Under the pieces are notes generated by a model. That model did not search any database, had not been told where the DNA came from, and saw nothing but the letters and a program-made list of their open reading frames with translations. Below, piece after piece: positions 21,263 through 30,502 of a stretch of 64,000 bases of DNA. This DNA comes from an uncultured delta proteobacterium (GTDB lineage Bacteria > Desulfobacterota > RBG-13-43-22). The DNA lies in contig CAWBOS010000015.1 in NCBI GenBank assembly GCA_963790475.1, positions 448,001 through 512,000 of the forward strand, in the 5' to 3' direction. The position numbers and the translations under genes are program-made. The first letter of the stretch is position 1; the number at the start of each line of letters is the position of its first letter.

Positions 21263-21593
21263 TTAACAGGTTGCTGAAAAAGGCTCATCTATCCCGCCAA
21301 CGAGGCTGTGCCACAATTGTATTTATGTCATTCCGTGCAAGCGAAGCGAGACACGGAATCCAGTATTTCCAATAAGTTCTGGATACCGGCTTTCGCCGGT
21401 ATGACGCCTTTGATGGCACTTCCAGTAATTGCGACACAGCCTCAACGGCGGGATTGTCCTTATTCCTCGGGATTTCTTCGCGTAAAGGGCAACGCTCAGT
21501 CCCACCCTTTCGAGGCGGTTCTCGGTTTTGGGCGCGTTCTATCTGAACCTTTTTGACCAACCTGTAAGAATCAGTTTTTCAGCATCCTGTTAA
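21263..21593. repeat. Nested MITE/REP-like elements (three layers)
   Basis: Outer 19-bp TIR TTAACAGG(T/A)TGCTGAAAAA. Middle 17-bp TIR at 21302/21443 flanked by an AAC duplication. Inner GTCATTCCG...GGTATGAC unit. Confidence 0.75.
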
Positions 21594-21771
21594 TGCTGAG
21601 GGGGATTGTAGAATATAACCAGCTAATTTGCAAAGAAATATTTAAGGCTTCCCGGGAGGAGTGGACTAAGCGGCTTTTCCCAAAAAAAATTGTTCAAACG
21701 GAATTTCCCTTGGATCATAGAAGTAAAAGGATCAGCCCAATGAACAGAAGGGGGAAAGGATTCCAATCTTA

Positions 21772-21800
21772 TTGACAATTGTATATGATTGAAATATACT
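21772..21800 (+). promoter_or_regulatory. sigma70 promoter of the brnT-brnA pair
   Basis: TTGACA-N17-TATACT. Confidence 0.7.
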
Positions 21801-21809
21801 TATTCACTA

Positions 21810-22133
21810 ATGAACAATATTCTATTTAAATGTACCGGGTTTGAATGGGATGACCACAATACTGAAAAGATCAGAGCGAGGCACGATGTTGCCCCAACTG
21901 AGTGCGAACAGATATTTTTTAATTTGCCTTTTGTAATTGGGGATGATTCGAAACATTCGGAGAAAGAAAATCGCTTTTTTGCACTCGGTAAAACCGACAC
22001 CCGCAGGCTGGTTTTTCTTGTTTTTACTGTTCGAATCGATAGAATCAGAGTCATCTCGGCACAAGACATGAATAGAAAAGAAAGGGAGGTTTATCGGGCC
22101 CATGAAAAAGAAAATACCTCGATTCAAAAATGA
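21810..22133 (+). CDS. BrnT-family toxin
   Basis: FEWDDHN, HSEKENRF, IRVISA; overlaps the antitoxin gene. Confidence 0.88.
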   Translation: MNNILFKCTGFEWDDHNTEKIRARHDVAPTECEQIFFNLPFVIGDDSKHSEKENRFFALGKTDTRRLVFLVFTVRIDRIRVISAQDMNRKEREVYRAHEKENTSIQK

Positions 22134-22368
22134 AGAGGAAGAAAGACAGTTTTGGCTGTCCCATGATTCAACTGAATATGTTGATTGGAAAAAGGCCAAA
22201 AGAATGGTGTTGCCGAAACTCAAACCCTCAATAAAAACGATTTCGCTTCGCCTCCCCGAATCAGTATTAGAAGAGTTGAAACTGATCGCCAACAAACGTG
22301 ATGTTCCCTACCAGTCTCTGTTGAAGATGTTCTTGGTAGAACGGATTGAACAAGAGCTCATTAGTTAA
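22102..22368 (+). CDS. BrnA/CopG-family antitoxin
   Basis: IPRFKNEEEERQFW..HDSTEY, ISLRLP, DVPYQSL. Confidence 0.88.
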   Translation: MKKKIPRFKNEEEERQFWLSHDSTEYVDWKKAKRMVLPKLKPSIKTISLRLPESVLEELKLIANKRDVPYQSLLKMFLVERIEQELIS

Positions 22369-22557
22369 CTGAAAAAGGAGACACCCTCCTCGGTTGTTCG
22401 GCACTTCTCTTCAGTAAATGAGAGGACCTAAACCGTTTTTGCTGCCTGGAAATAAGCTCAAAGATAATGGGGATAAGCTCCTGCCAATAAAAGGTTGACT
22501 TCCTTTTTGGGAATTTTATACTATTATCTTTGATAAAGCTAAAGGAGGTGGGATCAA

Positions 22558-22929
22558 GTGAAGAAGGTGCTATTCGTATTACCCGTTGTTTTATTCCTCC
22601 TGGTCGCATTTGCTTTTGCCGCTGAGCAACAGAAGATGGAATTCAAAGTCGGGGATGAGAAGTATGTTTGCAACTGCGGTGATTCATGCCCCTGTAAAAC
22701 CATCTCGATGAATGCAGGCAAGTGCACCTGTGGCAAGGACATGGTCAAGGCCAAGGTGACCAAAGTTGAAAAAGGGAAGGCCATGTTCAAGGCAGCCGGT
22801 TGGGACAAGGAAAGGGCCTTTCCAACTGCCGCCAAGTATAAGTGCGATTGCGGTCCTGATTGCAAGTGCAACACTATCAGTCAGAATCCCGGCAACTGCA
22901 CCTGCGGAAAAAAGATGAAAAAGGTTTAA
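22558..22929 (+). CDS. Exported small Cys-rich protein (2x CxC-x3-CxC-x9-CxC), probably metal-binding
   Basis: Signal peptide ending AFA, 12 Cys, AAGGAGGT RBS, hairpin terminator at ~22957-22995. Confidence 0.8.
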   Translation: MKKVLFVLPVVLFLLVAFAFAAEQQKMEFKVGDEKYVCNCGDSCPCKTISMNAGKCTCGKDMVKAKVTKVEKGKAMFKAAGWDKERAFPTAAKYKCDCGPDCKCNTISQNPGNCTCGKKMKKV

Positions 22930-23000
22930 GCCCGATCATCCTTGTTTCGAGAAATTAAGGCAAGCGACGCACCCCGGCCTCGTCTGCCTTTCTTTATTAC

Positions 23001-23240
23001 CGAGAGCATAAAAAAGGTTACATCACAGAAATAATTTTTCACCGCCCACTCGTCCCGATAAAAGAGGGACTCGTTCGAGACGCGAAGAACGCTGAGAAAA
23101 GATTTTCATTTGCCGGCAACATGCAGGCAAATGAAAAAAGGTCTTTTTGCTTTCCGTCCCCTCAACGGAAAGCAAAAAATATTCTTCTCTGCGACCTCTG
23201 AGCCTCTGCGGTGAAAGCAATCTATTATCTGCTCCTCTTA
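23001..23240. repeat. ~240-bp MITE-like repeat, copy 1
   Basis: Colinear with 25099-25337; imperfect TIR; internal TTTCATTTGCC/GGCAAATGAAA and TTTGCTTTCCG/CGGAAAGCAAA hairpins. Confidence 0.8.
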
Positions 23241-23285
23241 ATAAGCTTCGATTCCCTGAACTATGGACGTAGGTGATAGGGTCCT

Positions 23286-24197
23286 TTAAAAAGGTTTTTT
23301 GCCCTCGATATAGGCCGAAACGATATAATCCGCCGCTTTTTTTGTTTTTCCCGGGTCCCATTCCCGAATGATCGCCCTGCTCTTGTCGTTGGGTGTGACC
23401 CTGATTTCCTCGAACCCGGCGGCCGTCAGCATCCCCTCCGTATCTTTGATCGTGGCCGCGCCGCCGATACAGGCGCTAAGCAAGGCGAGGTTATTCTTGA
23501 TGTCGTCCGGCAGAGGGGCCGTGGCCACAACGTCGGAGATGGCCAGTCTCCCTCCCGGCTTTAACACCCGATAGGCATCACGGTAAACGCTCATTTTATC
23601 CGGGGATAGATTGATCACACAATTAGACATGATAATATCGGCGGTATTATCGGCAATCGGCAGGTGTTCTATCTCACCCAGGCGGAACTCCACATTCCTG
23701 GTTTGAATTTTTTCAACATTTCTTCTGGCCTTGGTAATCATGTCCGAGGTCATGTCCACACCGATGACACTTCCGGTCTCGCCTACCTCTTTCGCCGCCA
23801 GGAAGCAGTCAAACCCCCCACCGCAGCCCAGATCAACAACCGTCTCCCCGGGTTTAACGGAAGCGAGAGCCAGGGGGTTGCCGCAGCCGAGCATCATATT
23901 CGCTCCATCGGGAACGCCGGCTAAATCTTCCTTTGAGTATCCGAGCTTGCCCATATAAGCCGCCATTTTTTCAGTAGAAAAATCCTCGGTGCCGCAGCAG
24001 GAGGACGCTTCTGCTTTGGCGGTGGTATCCACAGGCGCACAACATGACGCCATGGGAAGGGTTTGCTTTGGAATCGCGGTTGGCGAGCAGCATGAGGCCG
24101 CAGGGGTTGTTTCCGGCAAAACGCTTCCCCTCTTGGCGATACTGCCATACCTTTCACGTACGGTTTCCCTGATTTTTTCTTTGTCCATTGTTTCCAT
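23286..24197 (-). CDS. arsM: Arsenite S-adenosylmethionine methyltransferase
   Basis: LGCGNP, VDLGCGGGFDC, SNCVINLSPDK, ACIGGA; downstream of arsR. Confidence 0.93.
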   Translation of the reverse strand: METMDKEKIRETVRERYGSIAKRGSVLPETTPAASCCSPTAIPKQTLPMASCCAPVDTTAKAEASSCCGTEDFSTEKMAAYMGKLGYSKEDLAGVPDGANMMLGCGNPLALASVKPGETVVDLGCGGGFDCFLAAKEVGETGSVIGVDMTSDMITKARRNVEKIQTRNVEFRLGEIEHLPIADNTADIIMSNCVINLSPDKMSVYRDAYRVLKPGGRLAISDVVATAPLPDDIKNNLALLSACIGGAATIKDTEGMLTAAGFEEIRVTPNDKSRAIIREWDPGKTKKAADYIVSAYIEGKKPF

Positions 24198-24274
24198 TTA
24201 ATACCTCCAGATTGTTTTGATAACGGTTAATACATATAATTTTTTGTGACAATTTAGACTTCTGAAAAAGATTA

Positions 24275-24447
24275 TTTGACAGGATTAACAGGATTTACAT
24301 GAACTTTGCTCAGGCCCAGTTAGGTCCTGAGCAACCTTGATCCGCTTCCGGCGGAACCCTGCGCTTCTTTCCGCAGGATGAAACGGTTTGTGCCTTTCTT
24401 CCGGAAAGGCAAAAAAAACCCCTGTGATCCTGCAAATCCTGTCTAAA
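24275..24447. repeat. MITE-like inverted-repeat element between arsR and arsM
   Basis: GACAGGATT(AACAGGATT)...ATCCTGCAAATCCTGTC termini with internal hairpins. Confidence 0.65.
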
Positions 24448-24510
24448 AAAGCTTTTGGATTTCAAAGAACTAAACAGATACAATTTTTTTAGAAATTTAC
24501 ATCGGTTATA

Positions 24511-24840
24511 TTAAAAAAAATTCTTCAGCGCCGCCACGGCATCGGGATCGACGGCATATTCGATTTTTTGCCCTTTTCGCTTCATGCGGACCAACCCAGC
24601 ATGGCGCAATTCCTTGATATGATGAGACAATGTAGAGGGAACAATGTCAAGGTCCTGGCCGAGATCACCGACACAGGCACACCCTGCCAAATCGGAAGTC
24701 AATTTTTCCGGAATACTCCATACGGTTCCCGGAGGGCAACAGGATATAAGACGCAAGAAAATCCTCAGCCGGTTAGGATTGGACAAGGCCTTGAACATCT
24801 CGGCATATTTCGATATATTTTCATCTCGATACTTCGACAT
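24511..24840 (-). CDS. arsR: ArsR/SmtB-family repressor
   Basis: FKALSNPNRLRI, STLSHHIKEL, Cys motifs CCPPG and CAC. Confidence 0.88.
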   Translation of the reverse strand: MSKYRDENISKYAEMFKALSNPNRLRIFLRLISCCPPGTVWSIPEKLTSDLAGCACVGDLGQDLDIVPSTLSHHIKELRHAGLVRMKRKGQKIEYAVDPDAVAALKNFF

Positions 24841-24848
24841 ATGTCGAA
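24833..24848. promoter_or_regulatory. Putative ArsR operator over the arsR start codon
   Basis: Perfect 16-bp palindrome TTCGACATATGTCGAA; TTGACA -35 on the minus strand at ~24870-24875. Confidence 0.65.
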
Positions 24849-25098
24849 ATATAATACTTTTTAATAATATGTCAAGAGAAAAAATGACCCTGCTCTCCTT
24901 TTATTCCAAATGTGCCCTGATAATTTTAGTTTTATCCGTGCTCCCCGGGGGTTAGGCCTCGACGACTTCTACTCAATCGTCTGGTGGGACGTTCAGCAGG
25001 ACGGACAAATTTGAGTGGAGGTTCTTGACTAATGGATGCCATCTTCATATACTTCAGCGAAACGAAGCGGATTATATCAATTCATTCGATCTTATTGA

Positions 25099-25337
25099 CG
25101 AGAGCATAAAATAGATTACATCATAAAACATTTTTTCACCACCCACTCGTCACGATAAAAACGAGACTCGTTCGAGACGCGGAGAACACTGAGATAAGAT
25201 TTTCATTTGCCGGTGAGAGGCGGCAAATGAAAAGGGCTCTTTTTGCTTTCCGTCCTCTCACCGGAAAGCAAAAAAGTTCTTCTTTGCGCTCTCGGGGTCT
25301 CTGCGGTGAAAGCAATCTACTATCTGCTCCTCCTAAT
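25099..25337. repeat. ~240-bp MITE-like repeat, copy 2
   Basis: Direct, diverged copy of 23001-23240. Confidence 0.8.
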
Positions 25338-25363
25338 ATCTTCTTGAGAAAGGAATTACGGCA

Positions 25364-26981
25364 ATGAATATCGGAAGACTGGCGGAAGATAATATTAAAA
25401 GATTTAATGAATACGAACTGGTCAATTTCGAAGGGCAATGGCATACCAACGTTCAGATAAACCGAAATGCCAACCGGCTGGGCAACGCTTTAAAAAGCCT
25501 GGGAGTCGAAAAAGGCGACCGGGTAGGGGTTCAGTTGTTGAACTGTCCCCAACTCATGGTGGCTTTTTTCGCTATTTTTAAAATCGGAGCGATCCTGGTT
25601 CCGGTGAATCCGTCCCTGCGTGTCCATGACCTTACCTATCTGTATCAGGATGCCGGGATGACCGTCCTGATCAGCGGTCTGGATTACCTGGACAATATCA
25701 AAGAGGCGCGACAGGAGGCCAAAGAGCTCCAACAGGTTATCCTGATCGAAGAGACGGTCCCCCGGGGTGTCCTTTCCTACAATACCTTAATCCAAAACCA
25801 GCCGACAGAGCTGACCCTCGAAGAAACGGACAAACGACGATACGGCGGTCATGATCTATACCGCCGGGACAACGGGAAGTCCGAAAGGGGTGATGCTCAC
25901 CCATTATAACTGGTACACCCATGTCACCGGATATTATGATCTGGTTCTGCTGGACTCCTGGGGCGTTTCGGCCCAGGGACCGGTCCGGGAAAGGGATGGC
26001 GGAAAAAAACAAACCGCGTTCAAAACGGCGACTAAAACGGAAGAGGTGTACGGCGTTACCCGGAACCGGATCTCTTTAATCACCCTCCCCTTGTTCCATG
26101 GATACGGGGTATTCGCCTTGAGTCTGGAGTTCCTGACCGGAGGAAAGCTGATCCTGCTCAGACGATGGGATACGGAAGAAGCCATGAAACGTATTGAGCA
26201 ATACCAGATCACGGAATTTCGCGGTGTGCCGACCATGTATATTCAGTTGCTGAACCACCCCGCCGCCTCAAAATATGATTTGAGTTCTCTGAAGACCTGC
26301 ATCTGCGGTTCGGCCCCGATGCCTCTGGAGGTGGCCCGTAACTGGAAGGAAAAATACGGCCTTGATATCTGGGAAGGGTATGGACTCAGCGAAGCGACCA
26401 CCGTAAACTGTGGAAACGTAGCCGAACGGAGGCCGCCTAAATACGGCTCCATCGGTAAGTGTTACCAAAAAGCCAATACCATCAGAATATTCGATGACCA
26501 TGACCGTGAGGTCCCTCCCGGGCAGTTGGGAGAAATCGTCATCAAAGGGCCGGCAGTGATGAAGGGGTACTGGAATAAACCCGTGGAAACGGCGGCAGCC
26601 ATCCGCAACGGCTGGCTCCACACCGGTGATATCGGATATACGGACGAAGAGGGCTACCTTTATTTAACGGACCGGAAGAAGGACCTGATCATGCGCGGGG
26701 GAGAGAACATTTATCCCAAGGAAATTGAGAATGTCCTCCATATGCATCCTCAGGTGTTGGAAGCGGGGGTCATCGGCGTGCCCGATCCTGTTTATGGTGA
26801 AGTGGTCAAGGCCTTTATCGTTCTCAAAACGGCCGGAGCAGTCTGTGAGGAAGACCTGATAGGATTTTGCAAGGAAAAATTACCCACCTACAAGAGACCG
26901 AAAACGATACAGTTTATGGACGAACTGCCGAAGAGTGCGCTCGGTAAAATTCTGCGGAGGGAACTTCGGAGTATCGGCTGA
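25364..26981 (+). CDS. Long-chain fatty-acid--CoA ligase, +1 frameshift at ~25832
   Basis: YTAGTTGSPKG, EGYGLSE, WLHTGD, DRKKD, PKSALGK. Deleting one A restores ETDNDDTAVMIY. Confidence 0.9.
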
Positions 26982-26991
26982 GTCCAAAGCC

Positions 26992-28794
26992 TTATGGGCG
27001 GTAAAGCCTCCTCGGGAGTTTATCCCGGCTTCCAGGCAGCACGCGGCGGATCGCCTCGGCCATCTCACGTTTGGCTACGGGCTTCAGGAGCAAGGCTTTG
27101 ATCCCTGCTTCCCGTGCCTCTTCCGGAGAGACACTATCGCTGTTACCGGTGCAGAGAATGATCGGAATATGGGCTTTCACTTTCGACAGTTCCGCGGCCA
27201 GATTCATCCCGGTCAGATCTGGCATGGTCTGGTCGGTAATAACCAAAGCGAATTTATCGGGCTCTTTCCGGAAGATGTCCAGGGCGTCTAAACTGCTCGT
27301 GGTGGCAACAACCTCATAGCCAAGCCTGCCCAATCTCTGTTTGTTTAACTCAACCAGGACCTCCTCATCATCTACGAGAAGCAGGCACTCTTTTCCTCCG
27401 GCCAGGGGAAGGGCCTCTTGGTCTTCGGGGCCTGGTTGCTCCATGATCTTGGGTAAATAGAGGCGAAAGACGGTCCCCTTTCCCGGTTCGCTCTCAACGG
27501 CAATGCAACCGCCATAACTGGTTACAATACCATGAACGACCGAAAGCCCCAAACCTGTGCCTTCCCCCGGCTTCTTGGTGGTAAAAAAAGGATCAAATAT
27601 CCGTTCCAGGGTTTCGGGATTTATTCCCGGGCCGGCGTCGCGCACTTCCAGAACAACATATTCCCCCGGCATCATTTCGGGGACAGGCGCGGGGTCACCT
27701 TCCGCAAAAGAGGTTTTAGAGACGCTTATGTCCAGGACCCCACCTTTCTCGTGCATGGCATGGGCCGCATTCGTGCAGAGGTTCATCAGGACCTGGTATA
27801 TTTTCGCGGGATCAGCAAAGATCAGGTCGTCATCCGTTGAAGACCGCGATATGATTTGAATCGTGGATGGGAGTGTCGCTCTCAGGAATTTGAGTCCTTC
27901 TTCGACGGTCTGGTTTAAGGCCAAGGGTCTTCGATCCTGTTCAGTCTGACGGCTGAAAGTAAGAATCTGCTTTACAAGATCGCGCCCCCTGCGGGCGCCT
28001 TTCAGCACCAGTTCCAGTCTCCTATGCTCGGGGCCGTCCGGAGTTATATCTTCCATCACCATCTCGGTAAACCCGATAATGCCGGCCAGGATATTATTGA
28101 AGTCGTGGGCCACGCCACCGGCAAGTGTGCCTAAGGCTTCCAACTTCTGAATCCGGATGAGATGTTCCTCGGCCTGTTTGCGCTCCTCCACTTCTTTCTG
28201 GAGGGTTTCGTAAGCCTCGGTCAACTGGAAGGTTCTTTCCTGCACACGGCGCTCTAACTCATCGTGGGCCTCACGTAATACTTCCTCGGCCCGCTTGCGT
28301 TCGGTGATGTCGTATCCGATAGCCATAACCCGGGAGGGTTTTTCATTCGGGTAGGTGTATGCTCCCATGTTGAAAGACGTATATATCCATTGGCCATCTT
28401 TCCTCTTTATACGGTATTCGATCGTTTCATCTATTTTTTCTCCGGCCAGTTTTTTCCTGGTCCTTTCCTTAAAAAGGAATCGGCCCTCCCGGTCCAGAAG
28501 ATCGGTAGGCTTCAGGGAAAGCAGTTCCTCCCTCGAATACCCGAGGATGTCGCACATGGCCTCGTTTACACTAAAGAACTTCGTGCCCTGCAGATCCATC
28601 TCATAGATAGCGGCCGGGGCATATTTCAGCAGGTTTCTGTATTTCTCCTCGCTCTCCCGCAGCACCTCCTCGCGCAATTCCAATTCTTCCTTGGTTCTAC
28701 GCAGCGCCTCTTCGGCCTGCCGGCGTTCAACGACCTTCCTGTTGAGCCTTTCATTCGTACCGGTCAGAGCAAGCATCGGTGATATCCCTTTCAT
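26992..28794 (-). CDS. PAS hybrid sensor histidine kinase/receiver (N-terminus possibly truncated)
   Basis: PAS domain, GVAHDFNN, FFTTK..GTGLGL, receiver LLVDDE/TDQTMP. Confidence 0.92.
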   Translation of the reverse strand: MKGISPMLALTGTNERLNRKVVERRQAEEALRRTKEELELREEVLRESEEKYRNLLKYAPAAIYEMDLQGTKFFSVNEAMCDILGYSREELLSLKPTDLLDREGRFLFKERTRKKLAGEKIDETIEYRIKRKDGQWIYTSFNMGAYTYPNEKPSRVMAIGYDITERKRAEEVLREAHDELERRVQERTFQLTEAYETLQKEVEERKQAEEHLIRIQKLEALGTLAGGVAHDFNNILAGIIGFTEMVMEDITPDGPEHRRLELVLKGARRGRDLVKQILTFSRQTEQDRRPLALNQTVEEGLKFLRATLPSTIQIISRSSTDDDLIFADPAKIYQVLMNLCTNAAHAMHEKGGVLDISVSKTSFAEGDPAPVPEMMPGEYVVLEVRDAGPGINPETLERIFDPFFTTKKPGEGTGLGLSVVHGIVTSYGGCIAVESEPGKGTVFRLYLPKIMEQPGPEDQEALPLAGGKECLLLVDDEEVLVELNKQRLGRLGYEVVATTSSLDALDIFRKEPDKFALVITDQTMPDLTGMNLAAELSKVKAHIPIILCTGNSDSVSPEEAREAGIKALLLKPVAKREMAEAIRRVLPGSRDKLPRRLYRP

Positions 28795-28865
28795 CTTTCC
28801 AATATCATAATGCGGTCAAAAGCAATATCAGACCACAATATATCAGTTAGCTTCCTTCTCCTTCC

Positions 28866-29531
28866 TTATTTTTCGACCCGGCAACTGACGGAGATGCCCT
28901 CTCCGCTGCCCTTTTCAATACGGGTTTGGAATGCGTGATCCCCTTTGACATAGTCAAGGAACTTTTTGATGTGCGGATCAAACCGCCACAACACGTTATG
29001 GGCGGTAAAGCATCCCGGGGGACTTATCTTGGCTTCCAGGTTGAGGAAATATTGCAGGTACCAGTCTTTGTCGGCATCACAAAAGATAAAATCATAGGAG
29101 GCGTTGAGACGACGGACAAGCCGGTGGGCGTTGGCCAGTCCGGCATCGATATAAGAGGCCACACCGGCTTTTTTGAAATTGGCCAAGGCTTTTTCATAAC
29201 GTTCCCGATTGATTTCAACGGTCGTCACCCGGCCACCGGTTTTTGAGGCCGCCCAGGCCAGCCAAATCGTCGAATGCCCGGTTGAGGTGCCGATCTCCAG
29301 GATATTTTTGAATCGACCCTGGAGAATGAGGGAATACAAGATCTTTCCATCCTCAAAAGGGACGTTCAAATCAGACCAGGAGTTCCGGGCCTCATCCAGA
29401 AAGCGGGAGACCTGGCTATCCAGAGCGGATAAGCCGGTTGACTGTTGAGCAAATAAAAATCCGGATAAACCCAGGCTGATCGATACCGCTAACAAGGTCA
29501 TCAGGACACCTTTAATCTGTTTTTTAACCAT
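28866..29531 (-). CDS. Class I SAM-dependent O-methyltransferase with N-terminal signal or anchor
   Basis: LEIGTSTGHS, DFIFCDADK, AHN; hydrophobic N-terminus. Confidence 0.85.
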   Translation of the reverse strand: MVKKQIKGVLMTLLAVSISLGLSGFLFAQQSTGLSALDSQVSRFLDEARNSWSDLNVPFEDGKILYSLILQGRFKNILEIGTSTGHSTIWLAWAASKTGGRVTTVEINRERYEKALANFKKAGVASYIDAGLANAHRLVRRLNASYDFIFCDADKDWYLQYFLNLEAKISPPGCFTAHNVLWRFDPHIKKFLDYVKGDHAFQTRIEKGSGEGISVSCRVEK

Positions 29532-29666
29532 GATTACCCGGAGATGGAAAGAGGCGGATATTCGGTAGCAACAGGATAATAATCGGGACTGCTGTCCCTG
29601 GTGTTCCCGGCGCAGGGACCTTTAAAAAAATCCATCATCCTTCCCGGAGCTGTCTTTTCGATCCGT

Positions 29667-30005
29667 TCAGTCGATCTTTTTCAAATAAAGGTATAGAGGC
29701 CCGGGGAGTCTCACCAGAAGCCGGCCGCCCCAGGCGTGGGCCACAATAGTCCCCCCCGAGCTGGTATGGATCCTTATGCGGTGACCTCTAACCACCCATT
29801 GAAAGGGCACATCATTTCCATGAATTCGGCGGACGCCCTCTCCCCCTGTCTTCAACTCCAAAGATAAGTCAGCGAATTCGGGAGGAGTCCCGGGGACGGC
29901 CTGGTAAGTCCCTATGAATTGCTCCTCTCTGGAACAGGCGAAGGTAAATATCACCAAAACAACTGCCAGGATGATAAAATATTTAGGGGTTATCCGTAAT
30001 CTCAA
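29667..30005 (-). CDS. Hypothetical lipoprotein
   Basis: Signal peptide with FAC lipobox; GGAGG RBS. Confidence 0.65.
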   Translation of the reverse strand: MRLRITPKYFIILAVVLVIFTFACSREEQFIGTYQAVPGTPPEFADLSLELKTGGEGVRRIHGNDVPFQWVVRGHRIRIHTSSGGTIVAHAWGGRLLVRLPGPLYLYLKKID

Positions 30006-30019
30006 AATATCCCTCCAGG

Positions 30020-30502
30020 TTAGGAACGCTTTTTAAATATGAACCCGCTCCCTCTGAAAAAAGAAACCTTATCAAAGAAAAAAATTTGAATGGTCATGGT
30101 CAGCCAACCCAAATTGGTGGCGACTTTTTTCCAGCCGATCGGTTCCCCTACGGTGTCAAAGCATCCGCAATTCATATTCGCGCCCCTGAATATGTTGATG
30201 ATGACGAAAACAGTAAACAGAAAGAGTAATCCGCCGACCAAGGAAGACGCCGCTTTGGTCCTTATGCCGATGATCAGATAAAAGCCGCTAATCAGTTCCA
30301 TCCAGGGCAAAACGATGGCTACCAGGTTAAGTGCATAATAGGGAATGAGCCGATAGTTGGCCACGTTTTCCGCAAACAGGGCCGGATCAGGTATCTTGCT
30401 CAGGCTGGCATCGATAAATACCCATCCGATATAAATTCTAAGAATCAGGGACAGATATTCACTGGTTACAATTTTGTTTATAAATTTTAACAGGCTCTTC
30501 AC
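30020..30502 (-). CDS. MauE/DoxX-family membrane protein
   Basis: SKIPDPALF..NY, LPWMEL, CGCF motif, four transmembrane segments. Confidence 0.88.
   Translation of the reverse strand: MKSLLKFINKIVTSEYLSLILRIYIGWVFIDASLSKIPDPALFAENVANYRLIPYYALNLVAIVLPWMELISGFYLIIGIRTKAASSLVGGLLFLFTVFVIINIFRGANMNCGCFDTVGEPIGWKKVATNLGWLTMTIQIFFFDKVSFFRGSGFIFKKRS

Noticed and set aside
23023-23361. ORFs overlapping MITEs (also 25136-25444 and 21285-21560)
   Set aside because: They are translations of palindromic repeat DNA.
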